From contig JALDTO010000266.1 of NCBI GenBank assembly GCA_023515725.1, positions 929,042 to 993,041 of the forward strand: a stretch of 64,000 bases of DNA, in the 5' to 3' direction. The position numbers were made by a program, and so were the translations under genes. The notes beneath the pieces are model-generated. The model saw nothing but the letters and a program-made list of their open reading frames with translations. It made no database searches and was not told the DNA's origin. Source of the DNA: Amoeboaphelidium protococcarum X5 (Eukaryota > Fungi > Aphelidiomycota). This document shows positions 41,978 through 53,100 of this stretch, piece after piece; positions within the stretch are counted from its first letter, which is position 1, and the number at the start of each line of letters is the position of its first letter.

Positions 41978-43171
41978 ATGAGTACATATTAGATTGCAAA
42001 AAATATAGTGAGCGTGGCGAGAGAGTATGCCAATGTTAATCAGACATAGGCGCGAGAGTACTGGGATTATGAGAATGCTGTTATTGAATGGGGAAGTCAG
42101 GATGATTATGAAATTGTGCGAAAATTGGGTCGCGGAAAGTACTCGGAGGTATTTGAAGGCGTCTGCGTCAATCCGGAGAGGATTCGAAAGATTAGGTAGA
42201 ATGATGACACTGCTAATAGGTAAGTGCAATTGTAGAATGCTAATCTATAGCAATCTCAATAGCAGCAACAGCAGCAGCAGTAAGTGGAAGATACAGCTGA
42301 AATGAAATGCGTGATTAAAGTCTTGAAGCCTGTGAGGAAGAAGAAGATTAAGAGGGAAATTAAAATCCTTTAGAATATTGCTGGTGGGCCTAATGTGATC
42401 AGACTGCTGGACGTGGTGCGGGATAGATCTTCGCGGACACCATCGCTAATCTTTGAACACGTCAATAATACTGATTTCAAAGTCTTGTATCCTACACTCA
42501 CACCCGATGATATCCGATACTATATGTATGAATTGCTTAAAGCTCTGGACTTTTGTCATTCACGCGGCATTGTGCACCGTGACGTGAAGCCACACAATGT
42601 GATGATTGATCATGAGCGACGAGAATTGCGCCTTATCGATTGGGGTCTCGCTGATTTTTATATCCCGGGTGTACTATTCAATGTCCGAGTGGCTAGTCGG
42701 TATTTCAAAGGTCCGGAATTACTTGTCGATTTCTAGTAGTATGATTACTCTCTGGACATGTGGTCACTTGGTTGTATGTTTGCCTCGATCATTTTCAAGA
42801 AGGAGCCCTTCTTTCAGGGCGATGACAATTATGATCAGCTGGTGAAGATTACCAGAGTTCTTGGTACTGAAGATTTGGTCTCGTATGTTCGCAAGTACAG
42901 CATTAATCTCGATCCGCATTACAATAATCTTCTGGTGCGTTGTGTTCGCAAGCCATGGAATAAGTTTATTAATGCATAGAATCAACAGTTTGCCTCTGAT
43001 GACGCGTTAGAGTTTCTAGATGGACTTCTAAAGTATGATCATGCAGAGAGATACTTGGCCAAGGAGGCGATGAAGTTAAAGTACTTTGACTCTGTACGAA
43101 CGTTATGTGAACAGAGGCATCAGCATCACTCGACTTAAAATGGGAATCCATAATCGTCCTCATAATCATGA
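41978..43171 (+). CDS. CKA1: Casein kinase II alpha subunit
   Basis: [68 protein letters not shown]. Confidence 0.96.
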
Positions 43172-43292
43172 CACTGATCATCGATCTATCTATAAACTTG
43201 GTTTTTATTATTGTACAACTTAACTTATAAATTCACAATTAAAGTGTTTTATAATCTTGATATACAAAGTCTATTTGATGAAATCATAATGA

Positions 43293-45146
43293 TCAAATCC
43301 TCAAACTTTGATTAGCTTAATGGTGAGGCACATCGTCATCTACAGATACAATAGCATCAGCATCGCCTAAAATATCTTTATCGATAGTATGATTATTTGA
43401 AAGAGCAATACTATCCATAGCAGATGAAGATGTGACTTCAGTAGGACGTTCTAACTAACTCATTTCAATTGTAGTAAAATGCATGTCGTCTTCATTATCA
43501 TAACTAGAGTTATTACGGTGTGCACCATTAGCGTCATCATTACTATGCAAGGAATCCTATTACGATTAAGACGACAGAGATGAAGCAGTAGATATAGATT
43601 ATCGACGCAGTGCACGCAGACTTGCCACAGGGAAGACATAGTTCAGAGATCGACCGAACCAATTATTAGACTAAGAGTTCTGCTACCGTTATTCATAGTC
43701 CTACTATTATTGCTACTAATGCTACTACTCAATATCTGACAGAGATCGGTCACGATGGATGATGCTCTAATCAAGTGGCAATCTATTAACATCTTGCTTA
43801 TCCCCAGTATCACGGACGGCCCAAAATTCTTGAGCAATATTCAATTTACACAGTGGACATACTCCGCTCTTCTCGCATAGCCACGGCTAAAGACAATCAG
43901 AATGGAAGACGTGACCGCACTAGAGCACCTTCAACTCATTTCCCTCTTCAAAATCATCAATACAAATAGAGCAATTGGTGGCCAGTCTAATCACACTTTA
44001 CCGAATATCATCCGGTTTATGATGGATGGTGCGCAATGAGGAAGACCGCTCTAGAGCAGTTTTGGAAGACGCTGCACTTTTATAATCACCAAGATCAATT
44101 TCACCATCTGATTGTGGACGCTTATATTACAATTACTACTTCTACTATTGAAATGGACTCATCTCAGTATCTCCCACGTCCTATTTGATATTCACATACG
44201 AATCAACATTATCATCATCGCAATCACCAGGTAAAGGCTTATAAAAGAATGTTGGTAGAGAATTGAATTCACTCTACGTCAGCAAATGCCTCTGCCTATC
44301 CACCTGAGTCTATTCCATATTACGTTAACGTATCTAATTACGAATCCTGTAGAGATGACAGTGCATTAGAATGGAGGCCACAAAACTGAGAGCAAGCAGT
44401 ACAACCACCACAATAAGCGTAAACTCAATCACACCATATGGACTTGTAGGCACCACATCCTGCGCAATAATCAATTTCACCAAACCGGGACTGAATTCGG
44501 GATTAGCCTTGGCTGATACTTGTAGATACTGTAAAATTGTATTACCAACCTCAAAATCAACCAATACCAGAGGCACAGCTGGATTCTAAATATCAAATCC
44601 TACACTGCCATTAGATGCTAGATACTAATCCAAATCTAGGCTATCTGAATCCTTGGTGTCATACACTAATACAATATCCACGTCCAGAGATAGTGATAAG
44701 TTGACCTTCTATTCCAAAGAGCATCCATCTCGCGAGAGAATTAGAGCCTAAAATTAATTTCTATCAGTAATCGTTGGTGTATTTATATTTTATGACGATG
44801 ATGATGGACTAGCACTGCCATTCGTCGCTGTCAATACTGAAGGTGTGACGTATGACTTGTTCACACTGCATCCAGTGGTATCGTCCAGGTATAGAAATCC
44901 AACAGCATTCACCCCTTTTTAGAAATTGAGTACATTCTCACTGATAGCCGGCTGACTACTATTATACAGAATTTTAAGTGCAGGTGTCTAAAATAATCGT
45001 GGCGATAGATTCTAAGTACTCTGGTACGCATCAATTTAAATGTAATTCAAATAGTGTCGTTATTTGGCACTCATTCCCGTCAACCACGCATTAATTAGGA
45101 GTATATCCAGCAGACTAAAATTAATTAAGAGCCTAAGCACGTACAT
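43293..45146 (-). CDS. PA-domain transmembrane RING-H2 E3 ubiquitin ligase (RNF13/RNF167-like)
   Basis: Leader peptide; PA-like ALILSRDGCSLEQKV; TM LIVVVVLLALSFVASILMHC; RING-H2 CSICIDDFEEGNELKVLQCGHVFHSDCLQPWLCEKSGVCPLCK. Confidence 0.88.
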
Positions 45147-45487
45147 TAGACTATTATTATAATTCTTTAGTACAATATTTTCAAATTTAATTAACAGAAT
45201 TATAGCAATAGTAATAATAATGATAATGATAATAACTCCACCTGTAATTAACAGTGAAAAGGGAAAACGCGCGTTGGAGCGAAATGGTCACAGCCGCGAA
45301 AGATTAAAGTTGATCGAGCCAATCAGCAATGTCCACTCGCTCACTTGTTACTGCCAGCGTTAATGATCATAGGTTGTAGTGACAAATAGCAAAGTGATTG
45401 ATGGATAAAGAATTTTGGTGATATGCAATGAGCTGCTTATTGATTATAAAAATGACAGAGTTAAGTATTCAGACTGTACAGTAAAGT

Positions 45488-45692
45488 TGTTAGGTGGGTC
45501 ACTCGGCACAGAGCAGTGAGAACACCAGAAGAGTAAGGAACACAGCCCCAATGGACATAAAAAGTCCTAAGGAAAGACACAGCTTCACTCATAATATTCA
45601 TGTTGATTAATCGTTCTCTGACAGAGGCGCGGCTCCTTGATCTCTCCGCGATGAAACCATGGCGACTTTCGACACTCACCAGTCGTCTAACA
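45488..45692 (-). repeat. 3' LTR (205 bp) of a Ty3/gypsy element
   Basis: Minus strand starts TGTTAG and ends CTAACA (6-bp inverted termini); immediately preceded by a purine-rich tract AAAGCAGCGAGGAGA (45693-45707). Confidence 0.7.
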
Positions 45693-46250
45693 TCTCCTCG
45701 CTGCTTTAGGTGAAAGCCTACGGAGGATATACGGTAGAATCTAACAACTAGATTTAAATCTTTGCACCAGATCAGCGAACTTCTTCTCCAATAACTCCTT
45801 CGAAATCCAGGTGTCATCCTCAGAAGTTGATTTTCGGAAACATACCAAAGGAACGACTTCTTTCCATTTACATTCGAGATGCCATTATCATTTCAATCTC
45901 CATAAGCATTTCTCACTCGCATTCCAATGACAAATTCTTATTACCAAGCTCTGCATACAACTTCAAATTCTGGATATTAATGAATTGGTCATGCTTAATC
46001 TGCGGTGGCACGTTAATCCAATGTGCATTTAGAATGATTACATATAGAACTTTAAATGGCCATAATTCCTTGGATAGAGCGTCTTTGGGACTCCATCACA
46101 TTATTAAAATGATTCAAAAGCTAATTGGACATCATAACCAGGTCTCCTTGATGGAAGAGTTAATTGGCAATAGGGTCCTCATTGAACAGCGACGCGTTGA
46201 AATTTCTAAGATTCTCCTGGGCCTAATTATATTACCTTCCTACTTACAAT
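45488..46250 (-). mobile_element. Decayed chromoviral Ty3/gypsy retrotransposon 3' end (integrase GPF tail, chromodomain, PPT, LTR)
   Basis: Frameshifted peptides FHQGDLVMMS, LYPRNYG/PFKV, FINIQNLKLY, EIEMIMASR, GKKSFL, EDDTWIS. Confidence 0.72.
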
Positions 46251-46439
46251 GTAGGTACCTACCTATTTATTTTGTAGATATATATATATATTGCTGTTTT
46301 CTTATCGGAAAATTACATTTGAATATACCATTTTATGTTCTGTAGAATCTGCCACTCACATTAAAGCCAAGTTACCTTGGCGTTTCTGTGCTACTCAAAA
46401 ATAAAGTGATTGGATTGGATGATTTTGTACCACCCTTTA

Positions 46440-47203
46440 ACTTACCCAACGACATGTTAGCAATGTCAACTGTGGTACGGCCACTCTTCGCGCGGTCGTT
46501 GATAGCCCATCAGACACCTGCAATTGCCGCAGATAAAGTACATTAGCCTTAATAATCGCAAACTCTTATAGATACAATATCAGCTTATTTAGCAACTCCG
46601 GATAAGTTGCCTCCAACAGTAGTACCCACATGAGTTCCATGGCCATTTTAATCACCTTTATCACCACCATAAACAAAGCTTGTATCAAAACGAGCATTAA
46701 CAGTTCCATTTGCTTTTTTAAATTCAGAATGTTAAGTATCAACAACCTGTGTCAATGATGTAGACTGTTGTTCCGTTCCCAGCGTGATCAGGATACGTGA
46801 AAATCGTTTGGCCAGAAATCTTGGAACGTTAAGAACTACGGATCAAACCCCAATTTCTAGGACTGTGCTATTCAGCAAAAATGTGGGCAATGTAGTTGGG
46901 TTCGACAACATCGACTTCGGGCATAGCGCGCACCATCTCAACCAACTAATCATCCATCTTTGCAGCATAACCGAAGCTGTAATTGTGCATAACAGGGTTA
47001 TGGGATGACTCGGCGGATGCAATCAGACCAAATACACGGTTCAAATGTTCATCGATAAAGCTCTCAGATGAGGACACAGTGGCAGGCACATTCAAAGCCA
47101 CAATAAATTCTCCTGCAGCCACTGCAGACGCGTACTTCTGATTAGTAGAAACACAGCTAATAGAATCTACCAGACAGACACCAAATAATATAGTGTTTAT
47201 CAT
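46440..47203 (-). pseudogene. Subtilisin-like S8 protease (proteinase K type) pseudogene, 3'-truncated
   Basis: I9 prodomain GYAAKMD...VEPN; WGL; VYIIDTG followed by a +1 frameshift (~46745); NGHGTHVG; in-frame TGA at 46510-46512; ends at ANMSLG with no catalytic Ser region. Confidence 0.85.
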
Positions 47204-47380
47204 CTCCAAAAATGTTACGTTGAAGAAGAAGAAGAAAGTAAACGAGCGGCGTAATAAATAGGGGAAATTGATCTGATTACATAACATACAGTACTGTGTT
47301 TACCCACAAAATAAGCGAATAAGGAACAGCAACGGGATATTCACCGCCAATCAGACTGTTGCGCGCGGAGCCTGGACTGA

Positions 47381-47960
47381 TCATTATTGAGGATGTGGAG
47401 GATCGTACCGATATGGAGCCGGCCTTTCACCGCCATCGCAATTCCTTGCCATAAAGATGTAGCGAATGTTACGTGCAGCATTCACGTCACGGTGTCAGAT
47501 AGCTAAGCAATTGTTATTAGGACAATGCTTAGTTCTCCAGACGCGTGACTAGCCAAGCACACATTCACTGTTACTACATCTTTAACTGGTTCAGAACTCG
47601 GGCACCAAACGGACTTTGCAAAGTTTGTTCAGTTCATACAACAAAAGCTTGTTCGGAGTAGCTGGATAACCCGGGGAAGCGGTGTCAAAATTGCCAGCAC
47701 CATACGCAATATTGGTTTTGGGGTCAAACTTACCATCTTATTTCAGAGTAAGCGTACGTGCCAAATTGTCATAGGCCCGTTAGCGTTTGCTGAACGCCTA
47801 CCTCCTCAACTTTTGCCATTTATCAGGACGGTAGAAGCCAATGAAACCGTCTCTATGGTGCAGCACGTAACGCAGATGCTAGATGATCCCCAGGAATAAA
47901 GTTGATTTGGCGGAAGGAAATGTAGGTCATAGCATTAACTATTGCCGGAACCTGAGCGAG
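47381..47960 (-). pseudogene. Fanzor (eukaryotic TnpB/IS200-605-like RNA-guided nuclease), C-terminal half
   Basis: PSAKST..YVL..FY..KLRRQAFSKRQRAYDNL..IAYGAGNF..PGYPATP..VRLVPEF*TSQRC (RuvC-II), CPNNNC zinc finger, *HRDVNAARNI (RuvC-III), GERPAPYR; in-frame TGA at 47591 and 47495; RuvC-I not found. Confidence 0.85.
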
Positions 47961-47979
47961 AAAACTGCCGAAAAATATT

Positions 47980-49691
47980 GCACTTATCCTCCGCTCACCG
48001 TTTGACCTTATCTCAACCACATCTGGAATTATCTGTTGATTTGACTGTGATTGATGATCTCCAGATGTACGCGTTTCTGGAGCATTGTCAGCACCATCCT
48101 AAGATTATAATGTAGTGATCAAAAGCAAGTTGTCTTACGTAGATTAGACTTTACTCTATTATGTATATGCATCAACAACTCTAGGTGGGAATGAAGCGTG
48201 GATTCGGTGAGATAAGGCATCAACTTGCTATAATCGCTGCACAATTTTCCCCCATCTATCATTCATCCGTTAGGCCAGAACAAGCTTCGAACTCCAAACA
48301 CCAGGCTAAGAAACTGATTTAAATAAGTCAGCTACAATAACTATCTAAGATTTGATTAACTATAGACTCATGTATACAAAGTAACAATTCTTCAAGGCAA
48401 CGCTATCTGGCATGAGCAAACTGTCGGAGTTGCATAGTATCATCATTAACCTGAGCTATAGAACGAAAGTTGCCATGAAGCAAAGGCGTAAACTTCGGTA
48501 AATCTACAAAATCAATAAAATCCTCGCCGTAATCCAACTTAATTTTGAAAACCAACTCATTGAATTATCGAACCAACTTAGCAATGTTTACGCCTCTGGA
48601 CTTCAGAGCTCTTTCGAAAACCTTCTTCTTGAACTAACTGGAAGTCTACTTCGATTTATAATCTAGAAGAACTCTCATCTCAACTAATTCACTCTAAATA
48701 GATTCTAAAACAACTCGAAATCTCTTATTTGTGAATGCGATTTTGGTCACCTTATACTCAGGGTTCCCCACTGTCCATCGATTTGCTAGATTAATACCCA
48801 ACTAATTCTCCAATCTTTAAACTTGTATGATTATGTTCGAATTATAAGGGCTCTCTTACAAATCCTCCAGATACTTAATATACAATTCATAACGCGTCCA
48901 TTATTGCTGACCACCTGAGCGGCCAAGATCGGCAGGAGTTCTTTATAAAATCTCTATGCATTTATAGTTAACAGAAACGTCTTGAGATTACAGTGATGGA
49001 TGTGCGTAAAGATATTCTTCTAGAACAAGAAGTTCTTACTCCGCGTTCTCGTATCGTTGAATAATTTACATAACGGTCTTATCATTGAGCTCTTAGTTGT
49101 AGCTTTAAAGAACAAACTCAAGAATCTCTTCACGAGTGGCCAACGAGACGTTCTTCGTGATGTATCCGAAGTTTCCAATCACTGACCAAAGGCTCTCATC
49201 AGATCTCCAGCAGTCTTTCCCGAACGTAAAGAATACTTGCTGGAGTAAACTTCCTGGCACCCGCTGTGGTGCGCATATAGATGGAGCGCCGGAACCAACG
49301 ATTCTACACCGCTAGTATCGATATCAACGCGGCGAGCAGAATTCTTTATCCACTAACACCCCACGTCGTAATAATTAGTTGGATCTCTTGTGGGACGCTT
49401 TCTCTTAAAAGACTTTCTTAAGGTCTTCTTCCCTCTTCTTTCAATAATATTATCACCAGGACGTGCGTTAATATCGATCCAACCATCATAGTCCGCCAGC
49501 TAGTAGATATCGTGATTGAGTAGATCTTCAAACTAATCCACGTGTTATCTCCCAGCCGGAACGACTCCCGCTTTGGCATCTTGGACAGTATCAAATTTAA
49601 GACGAATTAAATGCTCAGGTGCTACAGGGATATCTGACATCAATATCATAAATAATAATATGAGGAGTTTGAAAATTACATATAAACGCAT
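47980..49691 (-). mobile_element. Decayed Kyakuja-Dileera-Zisupton (KDZ) transposase, internally deleted and frameshifted
   Basis: YYDVGCQW..VPALHLYAHHSGCQ..GKTAGD/SDESLWS..TKNVSLATREEIL; LENQLGINLANRWTVGNPEY; RALKSRGVNIAKLVRQFN; RQRCLEEL. Confidence 0.75.
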
Positions 49692-51198
49692 TCTTGAATT
49701 TACCTTAATCCTTCCCAAAGTCTGAAGATGTATTGCTAGATTTTATTTAGGATATTCCATCGACTGTTTCTTTAAGAAAGCATTTAATGCTTTTATGTTT
49801 GGAGAAGAAGTATTTGAAATGCATTGATATACGCCCTCTTAACTGCGTGCACTAGAAAATGCGTGCAAGCACGGTCATATGGTCTTTAGTGTGAGTAAGC
49901 ATATTCCACACGTAAACTTACATCTGAGATTGACTAATGACTGTAGAGGAAAATGTCACCAAAAAAAAATTGAAATAGAGATAGGACACGTCAAACAACC
50001 AAGTTGCAGTGTAACTACACGAGACTTCCAAAACTTCTTTTCAAGAGCAATATATAAGCGCTAACTTTAAAGTAGATGCTTGCGAAAGTATGAGGAGCCA
50101 CCAATATAGCAAACAATCTGAGAACGACGCGGCGAATCCAGAGGCAGTACATTTTGACTTATTTAATAAAGACACGTACAACTTGATGACATCCAGCTAT
50201 ATAGCGTATTTTGGCTACTTTGCTGTACCGGAGACATATCCAAGCGTCAGCAAAGCTTTGAACAATCCATACTTCTTTGATGTTATATGTTTGCAAATTT
50301 CGAAATCGCGGTCAGCAACACCATTAGAAAACAAACATAATTTAACAGAATGCATAGACTTTGTGCAACTAAAATCTACAGAGGATGCAGACAAATTTAT
50401 ACCGCACTTATATTCTAATTGATGCGATCTTAAGCGCTGATACAGGTGGAATTACTTGTCGCGATGCACTTCAACAAAGCAATCTTTACAGAACTATAGA
50501 CAGTCATAACATGTAAGACATCTGAGTTAAGAAAGTCCTTTATCACACACAGAACAGCCGATATCAACGGCACAGTCGTGATGCTTGAAATAGAGCTTAT
50601 CGTTACAAGCCTCCACGCAATCACGAAAAGTAATGGTGGGATCAGGTCTGGCATTTCTCCGTCTAAATGACTAGCTAAACCCCCTGGCTTTCTTCTATCT
50701 TTTATTCTCCCTCTTATTCTCCGCCATTTGGTCACCAGTTACACGCTAAACACGTCAAGACCAAGCAAATCGTTCAACTCAAGATCAGCCATCTAGTCCA
50801 CTCCACCTTCATTGGGTTATAGCTAATTACTGTGGCGTTTAAATCGGAGCAGATGATCAGGTGTTACAAGTAAATGATATCAATCTTCATGTTTAAACAT
50901 TCGAAAGTGGACTCTTACAGAAAACAGCATTATTGAATTTGTTCGCTGGCGATGGCGTTTTCATAGCAGGCACAGCTTTACTCTTGATTTAAGAAATCTT
51001 CTTAGATCCATATTTCTCATAAACAGACACTTTATATCGTCGATGTTGCTTTCTAGGTATCTTTATTTTAGTCATGACTGTATAATTGTCAAGCGAAACG
51101 ATCTAAAAGGGAAGAAATAGTTTTTCACAATTTTCTTCGTTTCAGAAACAAAGCTCATGATCGCCGCGCGAAAAAATTGTTAGTTCACCACTACTGCA

Positions 51199-52875
51199 AT
51201 GCCGCCAAGCCATGCACACCCACTACTACTCGGCACGTCCGACTTTGACAAGATTATTGAAAAGGATGCTCTATTCATTGACAAAAGTCTCTTTATAAAG
51301 GAATTCATGAATGATGGCTCCAAGGTCGTTGCCATTCTTCGTCCGCGTCGATTTGGCAAAAGCACCAATCTGTCAATGCTCAAGTCATTCTTGTCATTGA
51401 ATGCCCAATCTAGTCATTTTGATCGCTATCTCATCGGCAAGGAGAGTGAAATTGTATAACAGCATTGTGGTAAATATCCTGTTGTAATGCTTGATCTCAA
51501 GGACTGCAAAGGTGATTCATGGGAGCAGATGTACAGCTCTGTTTGGCTCTGTATTCGCTAAATGGTTTTGCGTCATCGACACGAATTGGCCGAAGCAATT
51601 GCACTACTCTCAAGAGATATGGACTTCACAAGAATGACTACTCACGCTAGCGAAGTCGTTGTCGGTTCATCACTTAAATGGCTTACCCGCGAGTTGAATG
51701 AAAAGTACGGCAGGCGTGTTGTTGTATTGGTGGATGAATATGACGCGCCTTTAAACCATGCATTTCGTCAAGGTTACTATAATAAGGCCTCAGAATTCTT
51801 TGGTCTGCTGTACTCTTCGGCGTTGAAAAGTAATGATGCTCTGGAGAAAGCCTGTTTAGTGGGCATTGTAGAAGTTCGAGGCGCTGGTATTCTATCTGGT
51901 CTTAATAATATTCAAGTTTACTCGGTCGCTGATAGAAGATATTCAGCCTTTTTTGGATTCTCAATGGATGAAATTGGCTCATTGGTTCCTGAAGAATCGA
52001 CTAAGAAGAATGTCAAAGACTGGTATAATGGATACTGTATCGGGAATGATTTGCTCATCAACCCTTGGTCGTTTATGTGTTGGTATAGCCGTGATTTTTT
52101 TGATTCCTACTGGGCTGGCTCGTCATATACGGAAACTATTGCTACAATTCTCAAACCACATTTAAAATAATCCTTAATGGAGATCTTTGCATTGCTATAC
52201 GATCAGAAGCAGATGAAAGTGTCTAAACTCAGCTCTCAGGTTAATTACTCAAACGAGGATTGGGATACCGATGGGATTATTCATTTTCTCATCCACACTG
52301 GCTACCTGACTTATCGTGTAATTGATGATGATTCATTTAGATCTGGCGTAGCTTGGATTCCTAACAACGAGATTCGTAGTAATTGGGAGTCAAATATTAA
52401 GGATCTCTTGCGTTAACAATTCGTACCTCAATTTGGGTCTCGTATTGAAGAGGTATTTACTGCAGAGACTCCGAATATATCGGATTTGCAAAATGTGATG
52501 CAGGATATGTTGATGTTTTGCTCTTCACACGATTTAACGAAGAAGTATGAAAATTCGGGCCACGTTTTCTACTTTGGGGCATTTCTTTCCATATTGCATT
52601 ATGGAGTGAACATCACAGTGACATCGAATCTCGAATCTGGTCTTGGCAGGCATGATATCCGTATCCGATTTCTTCATTTGAAAAGGGTTTTCATATTTGA
52701 ATTCAAGCTTTCGAAGCGTGAAAGTGATCTTCAGGAGGATGCTGAAACGGGCTTGAAACAAATCATTGATAGGAATTATGTAGCCGATTTGCGCGATTGT
52801 GAATGCTTCCTAGTTGGCGTTGCTTTTTACGGCAAGAAGTTGTCTGAGTTGGCAGTCAATAATATCCAAGTATGA
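51199..52875 (+). CDS. AAA-ATPase-like plus PD-(D/E)XK nuclease protein (AAA-ATPase_like/PDDEXK_9 architecture), intact and intronless
   Basis: GTSDFDKII..FIDKS..RPRRFGKSTNLSML, VLVDEYDAP, SGLNN, WYNGY, NPWS, GYLT, IPNNEI, SNLESGLGRHDI..IFEFK..QIIDRNY. Confidence 0.9.
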
Positions 52876-53100
52876 CATAAACATTGGTTAACTTTATTGT
52901 CTTGTCCTTCTAATTTCTCCTCTATCGGGCTCTATTTCTTCCCTTTCACATATTCTCTTTTCCGCTTAAGAAGTAATATCTTGTATCTGACTCTTTTAAA
53001 ACAAATAAAACGCTTGTTTTCTTTTGCACCGGTAGTGTTTTGCACCTTGCACCCGGAGAAACGCACCGAACTCGCTTTGTTACAATCTCGACCGTCTCGC

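Noticed and set aside
47495-47593. In-frame TGA in Fanzor as Trp/Sec recoding
   Set aside because: The two sites correspond to expected Arg (CGA) and Trp (TGG). Single transitions plus nearby frameshifts indicate decay.
47294-49902. Possible TIR pair (tgtttacccaca ~47297 versus the reverse complement of gtgagtaagca ~49891) for the KDZ-Fanzor element
   Set aside because: The match is short and imperfect, and no TSD was identified.
50090-50735. 110-aa ORF and downstream broken frames
   Set aside because: No recognisable motif and interrupted by TGA; probably a decayed fragment, so no call is supportable.
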